Shown: positions 12,231 through 24,319, counted from the first letter of the stretch. The stretch: 64,000 nt of DNA from Lama guanicoe (GCA_013239625.1 MU057051.1:5799290-5863289); one strand, 5' to 3'. The notes: a model not told the origin generated them from the sequence alone. Translations and numbers: made by a program.

Positions 12231-12839
12231 TTAAAAGTACTCATACAGTCATGCTCAGAGGCTAACTGCAGAGTACTTTTCACTCAAGTTTTAGATACCT
12301 ATCTTAATTATCTCATATCACATTATATGTGCCATTTGTTCCAGGTAAAGTACAGCTGGGCTATGCCTTTGAATGAAGGCTGAGTACCAACAGGCATCTT
12401 GCCTTACTCTTGGAAACTGTGATTTATTACTGTTGAGTATAGTTGGCTAGAATTTAAAGTTAACATTGTTCCAACAAAAAATTGTGTCAGTTTCGTGGGA
12501 TATTACAATGTGTTCCATCACATAACGGTACTGGAAATGGACATGTGCTGGCCTAGAATGCGGCTGATTCTGCATTCTGCTTTCAGTTGCCTTCCGATTA
12601 GAAATCAGCATCCAGGCAGCTATCAGGGTCCACCCATTGAGAATCCCTCCATGACTCCACTCAGGGAGTTAATTCATTACCTAACCAGGGAAGCTCTACC
12701 CTCAGAGCCCTGATTCACTAGGCAAGCGCAATCTCCTAGGAAAACAAGCGGGCCCTTCTAATAGTCATGCCAAGGGCTGTGCTTGTTTATGATACACCAG
12801 ACATGTCTCTGAGCACAACAACCAGCTACTCCATCCATC

Positions 12840-13010
12840 CGTTCAACAACTCCACAGATGAGGCCTTACTATTAAACTCCACTTTTTAACCGGAGGAACC
12901 AAGACACTGTAATGGTTACGTAAGCTGCTCAAGGTCACAAAGCCAGTAAGTGTCCAAATCAAGAACTGATCCCAGAGCCCACACATCTACTCATTATACT
13001 CTGCTACCAT
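12840..13010 (-). mobile_element. MIR
   Basis: ccactttttaaccggaggaaccaagacac...taagctgctcaaggtcacaaagccagtaagtg. Confidence 0.8.
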
Positions 13011-13267
13011 GAAAATGTGAGACTCACAACTCTTTAGAAACAAAATGGCAAGTTAGAAAATTCAGACGAATGATATTCTTTTCTACTCCCATGTGTGCTA
13101 AGAAACAACAGAGAGAAAGAAATCTCATTGTTTACCTCTCCCTCCTACAGAGTGGGGCAAGCATATATGCTGTGACTGTACAAAAGTCCCTTGTATCCCC
13201 ATGTTTCTAAGAGAACTCTAAAGCGCTACGCTATGCCCCCCAAAGACTTCACAAGCCCAAGACTTAC

Positions 13268-13585
13268 AGTACCAGGTAAATTCCACGGTGTGTGGGCTGG
13301 AGGCTCTCCGATGACAGGCACTGGCAGGAAGAAGCATCTGGCTTCCCGATCCTTACTTTGCCACTAGTCTTTGTCTTGGGAAACAGCCAGTGAGTCCCTG
13401 TAGGCTCGGCAGTCACCAAGAAGGGGAGTGTTCAGTCTCCAGCAGCCTCAGACAGTGTAGCAGCAGCGACAAGGGCTGGAACAGTCCCTGCACAGGGCAC
13501 AGACTGGCTGCCAGAGCTGCGAACAGACATAAACAAGACTCAACAGCCAGGGACAAAAACAGCAGTGTCACAGACTGATGCCCCT
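13268..13585 (-). other. Candidate alternative first or 5' exon of an unidentified minus-strand gene
   Basis: Non-repetitive, GC-raised block bounded on the minus strand by acceptor-like ttcttccttcccctcAG (AG at 13587-13586) and donor ACT|GTAAGT (GT at 13267-13266). No homology recognised. Confidence 0.3.
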
Positions 13586-13899
13586 CTGAGGGGAAGGAAG
13601 AATCACTTACAGCATGCGAAGGGTTGAAGGTTGAGATAGGATTTTCACCTCTGTTTCAACCAAAAAGACTGTTAACAAGCTGTTAGTAAGTGGGACTTGT
13701 GACGACAGGGTGAGAACATAAAAAAGAATCTTAGAAGGGAAATAAAAAGTTGTTGACAACAGGAGGAAGGCAACTGGGCCTGAGGCCAAATACCTGCTCA
13801 TCTCCCTGGGGCCAGAGCTTAGCTGGTGGTATTAGCACCATCAGGGTCTCCATACACACCTGATTGAGTCTCTGCTGCTTATGCAATTGAGTGCCTTTC

Positions 13900-13967
13900 A
13901 AAAGCAAAAACAAAACAAAACAAACAACCAAAACCCCCCAAACCAAAAAAAAAACAAAAAAACAAAC
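13900..13967. repeat. A-rich (CAAAA)-like low-complexity tract
   Basis: aaaagcaaaaacaaaacaaaacaaacaaccaaaacccccc...aaaaaaaaacaaaaaaacaaac. Confidence 0.85.
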
Positions 13968-14519
13968 CCAATAAGTCAGGGCTGAAAATGAATAATCACT
14001 CATCCTTATTGAAACAGTATGTTTATAAAAACCCTTGCTGAAGGCAGGGGGAGGATTTATTGTAATAATATTCACAATTTTTTCTCCTAGAGTCACTTTC
14101 CCTTTGGGGTTCTTTCCTTTTTGCCCCTACTGCCACCAGCACACCCAGCCCCAGGAACGTCTTCCTCTCCTTAAAACATGCTAAACTCAACAATATCGGA
14201 CAAACACCCTTTCACTCTTTCTCGTCTCTCAACTAACACAAGTGACTGTGTGTTGTCATTAAAAATTTAGCAAGGGCCAAAAAGGAAATAGCAGCCAAAT
14301 TAGGAAAGAAAAAAAAAAACTTAAACAAAATCAATGAAAGTAGCCAACAAAAAATTTTAAAAAATACAATTTCATAAACATAATCAGTGAAAGTAGCCAA
14401 GAATTTTACAAGGGTCCAAATCCTTTTGTCCTAAGCCTAAAAAGCTGGTCCCACTTTGTATATATTGCCTGTCCTACTTTCCTAACCTGCTAAAGGAAGG
14501 GGGTGTGTGTGGTGAAGGG

Positions 14520-15060
14520 AGGTGCAGGAGAAGAGGTTCTTCCAGCCTCGGTGTGAAATTTCTGTCCGCAGTCTGAATTACCAGAGTTACACTTCCTTAA
14601 ATGCAAAATTTTGCCAAGGAGACTTGCGATGCTCATTGCCCTGGATTTCCACTAATGTCAAGCCTGCGTTCAGGCAAATGACAAATAATGACCACTTGTT
14701 ATCTAAGAACTGATGTACTTATTGGTATAAGTTCCCTCCCGGGGGAAGTAGGAGAATGCAACTTCCTTTTTTCTTTTCTTTCTTCACTGTATCTTCTTTA
14801 TTGAAGTCTCTAGTAGTCAAGTGCCTTCCCACTTTGTTCTGACTTCCAACCTAAAGGCCCAGCCAGCTGGAAGGAGGGTGTTTGACACCACCGGCTGGCC
14901 ACGCCTGACTCGGGCATTAACCGCAGCCACCCGTTAAAGAATTCTGGGAGGCTCAGTTGGATGAAATCACTTTTTACTGAAGAAGTGAGCTCACAGAGTC
15001 ACTCCTTCGTCTGCTTACAACCTACAGGATGACCACTAACGATGGTGTAGCGACAAGAAA
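14520..15060. promoter_or_regulatory. Putative enhancer/promoter block retaining CpGs
   Basis: Repeat-free with more CpGs than the flanks. ETS-type GGAAGT/ACTTCC sites near 14591, 14744 and 14761, EBF-type TCCCGGGGGA at 14737-14746, RUNX-type AACCGCA at 14919-14925. Confidence 0.4.
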
Positions 15061-15296
15061 GGCCAAGATTCTCTCACAAAATTCTCTTATTATGTTTATT
15101 TCAATGTTAAACAAATTGACCAGGACTAGAGTGTCATGTAAGCAAAGAAATAAACAAATAAGGAATTAAGATGTCATTCTGATGCTGTTCTTAATATCTA
15201 ATCCTAGTCAGATCATCTGATTCTTTGTTTTCCTGACCATTTTTAACTTTATTCAAAGAACCTATAACATTATTTTCCTAAGTTCAATTTGTGAAC

Positions 15297-15607
15297 CAGT
15301 TGCTTCAAAGACCCAAGGTGCTTGCTAATAATGCAGACCTTAAGAATACTGCAGCTGCAGCGTTATCAGCATCTCTAGTGGTGTGATCCAGGAATAGTTT
15401 ATTTATAAGCTTCCTGATGATTCTTAAGCATGCTGACAATTGATGGTTCTCAGACTTTATAGTGCATGAGAATCACTTTAAGAAGATGCATACAAGGCCT
15501 GTCCTTAAGGACCAGGATTCAGTACTTCTGGATTAGGCTCAGCAATCTGCATTTTCAGAAAGCAACTGTGATGATTCTGAAACAGGAGCACACTTTTCAC
15601 AACACTG
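15297..15607. mobile_element. Two adjacent MER5-type (hAT-Charlie) DNA transposon remnants
   Basis: cagttgcttcaaag...gattcttaagcatgctga, then tggttctcagactttatagtgcatgagaatcac...gcaatctgcattttcagaaagc...caacactg. Confidence 0.7.
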
Positions 15608-16149
15608 CATGAAGTTTCTGAGGATTCGACCATGCCAGCCTACTTCTCAACTCTTTGACTACTGATAGGGTCTGTTCTTTTTATCTTGCAAGCCCTGGCC
15701 TTTCCCCTTCTCTCACTGGTTCCTTCCCCACTGCTACTTTCCCATTTCAGGTTAGCCTACTCCTTAGATTCAAGTACAGAAGGAAACTTCATTAGAGAGT
15801 GAGTATAAGAAATTGAATACTATGTAACAGAAATTTGGGGAAAAAAAAAAACTTGGAAAAATAATTTAAATAAAAGGAAAGAATATTGAAAGTAATGTGT
15901 TCCTTTTTCTTCATTTTACAGATAAGGAAACTGAGATAAAGAGCAATGACCATTGTTCCATAAGTATTTTGTAATATATATACCTTTATTCATATGCATA
16001 GATTTCAATCACAAAGAATTTATAATCTTGGATTCATCTAATATTCATCAATCCATCTACTCATTCAACAACTATTTATTTAATATACTACAGTGTGGAA
16101 CTACTGGTTTATGTTATTTTAAAACTTCTGCTGATGTAATAAGAAAAAT

Positions 16150-16600
16150 ATGATTCAACCTTGTTTTTTAACTTGTATTACTTTGTTAGTGAAGTTGAAA
16201 TTGTCTTTAAATATTTGTTTATTAATTGTATTAACTCATTTATGAAATAGCCACTTAAATCCTTTATTTGTCTTTTGAGGCCTTTGTGAATTTTTATGTA
16301 CATGAACACTTTATATCTAAGAAATAGTAACCCTTCATTTGTCATAATTGCTACAGTATTTTCCTAGTCTATAGTCTGTACTTATTTTGGTTGTTTGAAA
16401 AATTTTATACATGTTAGTGCAAATCTTTTTAAAACTATGTTAAGGACTTTCATTTGTAAATGTTTTCAATTAGGCTGTGCTTGTTACTTGACATAAAAAT
16501 CTATTTTCTCTCCAGATGCTGGATAAATATCCAGTTCTGTTTTCCTCTAATTTTCACTTAATCCTTTAGAATTTGGGGTGAGATTCACATTTGTCTAACA
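16150..16600 (-). mobile_element. Ancient L1 (L1ME-like) ORF2 fragment
   Basis: T-rich antisense L1 wording: ttagtgaagttgaaattgtctttaaatatttgtttattaattgtatt. Confidence 0.65.
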
Positions 16601-16744
16601 GTTTCTCTTTAGGCCTCTATAATCCCTGAGACATTGTCTTTACAGTGTTATTATTGTATTCTGCTTTTAAACCCCAGGAGGACTAAGATATAAAGAGGGA
16701 TCTCTCTGTATTGTAGGTAATTATGCATGGGTTGGAATCCTTGC

Positions 16745-16875
16745 TGGAGTGTGAGCTCCTTGGGGTAGAAACTATATTATACTGATCATTCACCCTGCCC
16801 ACCACTCAGCCTCCCCTAATCCCAGCACAGAGACTTATACCAAGTATGTGATCAAAACTATATTTACAGAATGAA
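16745..16875 (+). mobile_element. L2 3' end
   Basis: ctggagtgtgagctccttggggtagaaacta...cccagcacagagacttataccaagta...gaatgaa. Confidence 0.7.
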
Positions 16876-17699
16876 CTCAAAGTCAGGATCCATTGGCTTT
16901 GTTAAATATTTTCAACGCGTTAAATCCTAGCTGTAATAAACTATAGCACTCTATCAGAAAGATGGTATACCTTTAAAGTCATAGCTATATGTAAATTTAA
17001 ATGCTATTTTGCTAAAGATACCAAGAAAAGTTACTACAAAGAAGTGTGGTTATTTTGTGGGAAGCAGTTAGATGGTTGGTTAGTCAGTTCTATCTGAAAG
17101 ACAGAATTTACCACATAGATAATGGGTGAGTTGATTCGGTCCAGGAGAAAGTAAAGTGTTAAAAAGCAGATACAGAAAATGATTGTCTCCCCACTGTGTT
17201 TGGCATAGCAATATCCCCACAGATCTTTTACTTTATAAAATATTTTGCCTAATTAGGTCAAATATTTCTTTGAGAGGTGCTCCTGGAGCTCCGATTGGTG
17301 AACTGGGCTGTCCTGGGCCCCAGGGCTCCGGCCCAGAACTGAACAACCCTCAGTGGACTTGGCCTGGGCTCCTGAGGGCTGAGCCATGCCATGGGGATGG
17401 AGAAGAGGGAGAAGAAGCCCTCTGTTTTCTGGCCAACAGAGAGCCAGTAATTGCAGCAGCATCTCATTTCCAAGACCTCTGAATATCCACTCCAGGTTAA
17501 ATACAAGTCCCTTCAGGTAAGACTTTTAGCAAAGGACCCTTAAACTTCTCTCAACCGAATACAGTGACCAGCTCACCATAGTTACCATGTTCGTAATTTT
17601 TTTCTCTTCCTTTCACTATTTTACTCATTCTTTGCCACCTGCCCCCCATGTAAATCTTCTAGGATTCCTGGGATCTTAGACCCAGGGTTCAATGCAAAG

Positions 17700-17820
17700 T
17701 CACAGGACTGAGAACCAGATCGCTTGTGCCCCAGCCCTGCTCTGTCCCTGTCTCATTTTCATGTCACTTCCTTGAGCCTCAGTCTCCTCACCCATAAAAG
17801 GGGGACTCAGACTGTATCAG
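17700..17820 (+). mobile_element. MIR fragment
   Basis: tgagcctcagtctcctcacccataaaagggg, MIR core. Confidence 0.7.
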
Positions 17821-17889
17821 CACTATCATCACATCCTGGTGCTTCAGGGTTTCCACTGAATTTTGATTCCTATTTCAGTGTTAGATATA

Positions 17890-18180
17890 TAACTTAATAT
17901 GTGTTGACATGGAATAAAATCTCCAAGATAAAGTGTTTTTTTTTTAAAAAGCACAGTGTAGAAAAATGTTCCGATATGAAATTTAAAAAAGAGATACACA
18001 TAAATATGCATATACGCATCAGATTTTGCTACAAGAATGCAGAGAATCCTAGTGATGGCTGTGTCGCTGAGGAGTGGGACTTGGGGGCTCAGGGAGCAAG
18101 GTGGGAAACTCACTTTACATTGAATACACCTCTAGTGTTTGAATTTGTATCATGTATACATTGTAAGTTTTCAACAAAAC
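17890..18180 (+). mobile_element. L1ME 3' UTR fragment
   Basis: ttgacatggaataaaatctccaagata...gggaaactcactttacattgaatacacctctagtgtttgaatttgtatcatgtatacatt. Confidence 0.75.
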
Positions 18181-18783
18181 GTACACATATGTATACAATG
18201 TATAGAAATGTACTTTGGAAATACTGAACCAGTTATTAGTTATTATGTTTGTGTTAATGATAAAACTATGTTTAATATTTCACGACTTTGCTACTGTCTT
18301 TTTATTGTTCTAAAATGAGTGTGTATGATTGGAGTTGTAACATTCAATCAATGATTTAAAAGTATTAGGTATTTTTAAATAGCAATTTTTGAAAACATGT
18401 ATGAAACCAAATGTTTATATACTACATTTTTAACACAGTGGATATTCCCCAATGGGTCACGTGCTGCTAACTTGACCACTTTTTCATGTAAATCCTGGAA
18501 TCAAGTTTCTCCTGTTAACTCTAAGTAAGCATTTGAACATCTGTATGTGCCATGAACTCTTTCCAATACTGCCTAAGTCTTTTTTAAATGAAAGACTCTG
18601 CAAGCTTGGTAGGGTACAGATAGGACAAACAAAGGCACAAGGACAAAAAGGGAGTGCTGTGTTCAATGACAAGGATGCCTGCACGTTCCTGCATATGCTG
18701 TGGGTAAGGTGTGCACGCCTACACTGAACAGAATTATTTTGCCAATTACCTATTCTCATTTTTACACTTATGATAAGAAATGC

Positions 18784-19290
18784 TGTGAATGAAAAATATT
18801 GCCAGCCTTATCAGTAAATATAGGATGCTGTGACCATCAAGTCATCAGCCACTACTGCCACACCTGACAGTGAACAGAGGGAACTCAGGATGCTGACAAG
18901 CAGGAAGCCTGGCCTCTTCAGCCATCCCTCAACCGTGCATCCTGAGGGAACTCAGGATGTGGAAGAACAGGATACTGGCCCTAGTTACCTGGGTGCATAC
19001 CAAAGGAATGATTTCAATGAACCCAGACCCTTGTACCTTCCCCTACAAAGAAAAGTGCTAAATTCCTTAACTTGAGATATCTGATTTTCTTTAATTAAAA
19101 GTAATCTTTTGATGTTTCTACTATCTGGTCTTTGTTGCAAAAACATATATCCTGGCTTATACCTTGCCAATCTGAAATAGCCTCTCAGAGCTATCCAAGG
19201 TGCTATATCCTGGGCTAGAGTCCTCAGGAAATCCTGCCCAGTAAAATTTAACTCTCAACTTTTAGGCTGTGCAATTTATTTCAGTCGACA
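18784..19290 (+). mobile_element. Solo LTR, ERV1 (class I) type, 507 bp
   Basis: Starts TGTGAATGAAA and ends TTTCAGTCGACA (TG..CA, imperfect inverted termini). 4-bp TSD ATGC at 18780-18783 and 19291-19294. Internal U3 direct repeat gagggaactcaggatg. Confidence 0.92.
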
Positions 19291-19529
19291 ATGCTAACAA
19301 GTAGTAAAACATTCAACCACTCAAAGGTAAAATGTCCTCCTACTCCTCTTTCAAACTTCTCAGTTTAATGGAAGTAAATCCTAAAACTTTGATACATGTA
19401 TTTTTTTTAAATGTTATGAAAAGTAGGAATTTCTGAATTCTGACTAAATAGAATAAAACTGGGGAAAAAATGAATGACAAAGGTGATACGATCTCTAATG
19501 GTTCTATTTATCATTTTGCTTTTATTTTA

Positions 19530-19835
19530 ATCATTTATTCAAGAAATATTTATTGAGCACCATTTATATGCGCATTATGTTCAGAACTAGAGGTAGAATG
19601 GTAAAGAAGATAGATATGCTTTCTGCCCTCTTTGGTAAAGGAGATAGACTTAAATGCTCATTTAGATCATAATAAATGAATAGTATTTACAGAATTCTTA
19701 CCAGGAGTGAAGTTAAGTGCCAGACGCTTTCATATGCCTCATCTCAGTCAATAATTACAGTAGCTTTTTGCCAGAATTATCCTCACATCACAGGTGAGGA
19801 AATTGGCTCAGAGAAAAAGATGAAATGACTTGATC
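19530..19835 (-). mobile_element. L2 3' end followed by MIR
   Basis: tcatttattcaagaaatatttattgagcacc (L2 tail), then cctcacatcacaggtgaggaaattggctcagaga (MIR core). Confidence 0.75.
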
Positions 19836-20934
19836 CCTAACAAAAAACGAATAGAGGAATGCTCAATTGCTGGGGTAATCTGAAGTAGAACTATTTCTGT
19901 ATGTCTGCCTGCCCCCCATTTGAGGCATCATCTAGCCTTTTAACCTGCTCTATGCTGACTTTTTATTACAAATATCTGTTAAAAAATTAAGTATGTTCTT
20001 TCTTTTGAATGTATCACATTATCAGTTCACTATTTATATCAACTGTCAGAAAATAGGCAAAATCATGCAGTGTTCACTCTATTAAGTAAAAACCTCCTGA
20101 TCTTAGGAGTTCTTTTATTGCATAAGACAGAAACACACTCTAAGTTAAAAATAATGGAGGCTATTGATAAGCTCATACTTGATTTTAAAAGTTCAGAAAC
20201 AGGTTTTGAACAAAGGAGAAAGAAGAACAGCTCTGGGGTTCTTATTTGAAAAAAGAAAAGAAAAACAGATAAAAAACCCAGTCTCTCCTGGGTTCTAAGT
20301 ATTGCCATCTAGAAGGAGCCATGATAACCATTTTAAGTCCTTGAATCAGTTCACTTAAGATTCAGTATCCTGGAGTACAGGTTTAATTGTCCTGACTAAT
20401 CCCTTGGCTAGAGAAAATGGGACATCTTGACTGACTGTTTTATCTACATAACATGCAGAAGGGAGGAGGAGGCCATTACTAGGAAAGCTGAGAATAGTTG
20501 CCAGATAGAATCATCAGCTACAACCTAAGTAGGTGCTGCTAAAGCAGATATTGAACATCAAAATTTTGTAGAAATCCAGAGGCAGCAGTGTAAATGTTCC
20601 ATGGTGGAGTCATAAACCTGGATCAGTAGTAGGGCTATTCATTACCAACTATTAATGGTCTCCGAGGGTTCCCCCCGCCTCCAAACATCTTACTTTAGCA
20701 AGAGCTTGAGACAGTGGGTATTTACATGATCTCTGTGTTTGTATTACAGTATTTGTGATTTCAATCTGCTTAATGTGTCAAAGGGAGCAACAGGTTTTGA
20801 TACCTCTGCCCTGAAACAGGGAGCTCCATATGTCACACATTCACTGATCAACAAATATAAATCATTCCTGCTTGTAATTTCCTCTTCATGCATGTCCTTG
20901 GAAAATCGATTTCCCTTAGGGGAATTTTTATAAA

Positions 20935-21202
20935 AATAGCTAACACCTATAATACAAAGTTTCTGTTTTTATTGTTTTCCTTATTTCATTCATCCTCACA
21001 CCAACACAGGTAGGTCAGAACTATTATTACAGAGCATATATACTATGTAGAGTATAACTACTCTTCAGGTGAACAAAATGTGGCATCATCAAGTTTAAGT
21101 AACTTGCCCAGGTTATAGTAAATACCAGGTAGCAGAGCAATTATAAACCCAGCAAGTCTGATTCGATTTCAGTTTTGATTCCAAAATTTATGTTCATAAC
21201 CA
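20935..21202 (-). mobile_element. MIR
   Basis: aagtttaagtaacttgcccaggttatagtaaataccaggtagcagagc. Confidence 0.75.
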
Positions 21203-21889
21203 AGGAAATGGTGAATCTTTTCTCAATGATCTGCTTTGAAGTAGGTGAAAAGAACATGTGATTTAAGAATAACAACCTGAGATCTCAAGATTTTAAGATT
21301 TCCCTACAAGGTTCTGAGTAATCTACTTTGTGAATACATTTTGAATTCTGTAAAATAGACTGTTATTTTATGAAAGTAATGTGGTAACATCCCTAATGAC
21401 CTGAAGGCGAACGAAATAGTTTAGAGTAAATCCAGCAAACACTGAGAGGACAGTTTTGTTCATTTTCATTGAAAATATTTACATGATGATATCTTCTTAC
21501 ACTTGTACAATGTAAGAGCACAATGTATACAGACAAAAATTAAAATGAAATTTTGCTTTGTATCTGAAATTATTGTGCTTTATAATGTGCATTTACTTAT
21601 ATAAACTATTTTGGATATGTTAAATGTTTCATCACTGACAAATGAGAACACTGAAGATCCCATAAATTCCTCAAATTATACCGAAAAGTTTTATTTGATA
21701 AACATGGGACTATTCAAAGCTAGAAATAGAATCAAGCACGGTCCACCATCTCAACAGGAAAGCTCAATTTCCCCAACCAAAGGTCTCCTTACTGGATCTT
21801 CAAGATTTAAAATCGTAATTCTTAGGTTTGCATTTGGCCAATAAACCAATCAATCAGCCAGCCAACCCATTAAGAGTTATAAGCAATGT

Positions 21890-22262
21890 AGATATTCATG
21901 TTAAAGACCTACTGAGGTTTTAACCTTCTAAGTCCCTGCACAATGTCTTCTCTATTTCATATTATCTTTCATTTTTATGAGCTTCCAAGGTCTAAATACT
22001 AAGCACTCCCTCTCTCAGATGGAAATTTCATTATCACCCTTTTCTTTCACTATTCCACAACCGCCCAAAGCAGCTCTTGGAGAGGTCTTCAGTCACTAAA
22101 TACCTTCTCATCCACAGGCAATTAGGCTGCACGTAGGATTTTCTGCCTGACCTAGACATAAACACAGTCCTTCAAATTCCAGTTTTCCAATACCAGATCA
22201 TGTCTGTTGCTTGCTTCCCCTTGCCTGCTCTAAGGCTACAGAACATTGCTAGAGAAAGTCAC
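21890..22262 (+). mobile_element. L2 internal fragment (degraded)
   Basis: Pyrimidine-rich, ends gaacattgctagagaaagtcac, similar to L2 gctgctggagaaaatcac. Confidence 0.45.
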
Positions 22263-23609
22263 TGGATAACAGTGTACCTGGTCTGGTCACTGTGGATAGC
22301 TTGGAGATTGATAAGAATTACCATTCTCTTGATTTGACTGAGGGCAGTGGGATTGAAGAAAGGCAAAATTAACTGGGCAGGCTTGTGGCCATCCAGTTCC
22401 ACATGGAGATACTATCCAAGTCTTAAACTGATGAAGAGGACTCTGACAGAATTTGTCTTGCTCTGGCTGGATTTCAAATTCAGGAAACTTAATTAGAATG
22501 GATATTTATTTTCTCTTGAGAGAATATACTCTGAAATATTCCAAGTGACATTTGATGGATGTGCTCCTGATTTATTTCGATAGGCACCATGAAAAAATCT
22601 TGTGATGTAGAACAATATGTCTGGGCCCTTTTATTGACGCTAGGAAATTCTAATGTGTTACATCTGTTGTGGTCAAGGCAATCTTGAAATCTGAGTTGAT
22701 CTGATGTCCTGAAGTTTGCATTACCTTTACAGTTCCAAAATAAGAGACTTATATCTATATTCCAACATAACTTATTTGAATTTTTTTGAAGACTTTATCC
22801 CCTTAACTAGACAATACTTTTTAAGCAAACAATTGATTGCATCGGGATTATCCTGTATTTATTTCTAACAGACTATAACTTCAGATTGACTATGATTCTA
22901 CTGGCATCTCCCAAAGGTACCCTTATTAGGACCTGTGTCCCAGCATTTCAGCCTCATCACTACCACCTTTAAAGTGTCTACTCTTCTGATTTTCCCCTCT
23001 GTCTCTGCCATAATCCCTTCTTACACCATTATTTCCTTCCTTTACATCTTACATTACTCTAAAATGAGTTCCAGTTGCCTTCTTTGCTGCTGTTGATACT
23101 GGGATGCATTGAGGCTGCAATCACTATGCATCCTGTCCCCCCAGATTCCCTGAAGACCCCTGACCGATCTGATTCTTCATTGGCTTCTATGACTACAAAT
23201 TTCTTGTTTCTGCTGAGATTGACAATGAATTTTCTACCCCTTGAAACAATGTATTACCTGAGCTTAGCACTATGAAGTGTTTAATATGAGTTAAATAAAT
23301 AAACGAATAAAAAATAAGCCAGACTTGTTAGCCTTAACTATTTTCTGGTCCTCATCTGTCATTGCATTTGGTCTCATCTATCCCTAATTATTCTTCCTGT
23401 CTACTGTGTCAGGCTTTTAGTGCCACAAACTACTCACGATAGGTCCTCATGTTCCACAAACACCAGCTGATAACATTATGCCCTTTTTTCAGTGTATTTT
23501 CTGAACATATTAATCTTCTTTCTTTTCCATTACTACCAGTTATTGGCCACAACTGGCAACTCTGTTAAAGTCGAAATATGGCTTCATTTTCCTTCAGTCT
23601 GTCTGTCTC

Positions 23610-24260
23610 CTATCACTAGAGAAGTACACATAGATACAGTTAGGGTCAGAGAGTATTAAAGGATCACAGAGGACAAGAAAGATGAGTCCTAAAAGGAGCC
23701 CAGTGGATTTACATATTGTAGATCACTAGTGATCTGAGCAAAACTTGTTCCAGAGAAGGAATGACACTGGTGCCCAGGAGAAGGCTGGAGGTGGAAAAAG
23801 TTAATGTAGGGCATTAAGACCACTCTTTCAAAGAAACTTGGCTGTGAAAGGAAGAAGAGAAATAAGAGTATCATTAGAAGGGGAAACTAGGATGAAGAAA
23901 AGATTTTTCAATAACACAAATCTGAGTATTGTGAATAGCAATGAAGAAAGAACCAAAAGAGAGAGACTGAATATACTGACATTTTTTTTCAAAGTACTGA
24001 AAATGCTGAAGATAAGAATATGGCTAAGAGAGGATGATCTTGAAGGATATAGAAAGAGACGAGAGATAAAGTGCAAGTAGAGGAATTAACCTAAGTCAAA
24101 AAGGTAATTTCTTGTATTGAGGCAAGTGGGAAAGAATAAGAATGAGCGTGGCTATGGATAACTGTGCAGACAGAGGACAGGAATCCTCAATTTTCACTTT
24201 AAATAAAAAGAAAAAAATATAGATCCTAGGCTGAGGTAAGTCAATGGTAAGAGAGAAGAC
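23610..24260 (-). mobile_element. L2 internal fragment
   Basis: cagtggatttacatattgtagatcactagtgatctgagc...accactctttcaaagaaacttggctgtgaaaggaagaagagaaataag. Confidence 0.8.
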
Positions 24261-24319
24261 TTGAGAAGAGAGAGACATGGAATTATCAATTACCTTAAAC
24301 TATTTTTAATGAGGATATC

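Noticed and set aside
17272-17330. Collagen exon
   Set aside because: The Gly-X-Y register breaks after a few triplets and there are no matching splice sites or neighbouring collagen exons.
22280-22600. Faint resemblance of a minus-frame translation to a bornavirus-type L polymerase segment
   Set aside because: Only a few scattered residues match, spacing between the apparent motifs is wrong, and no catalytic motif is present.
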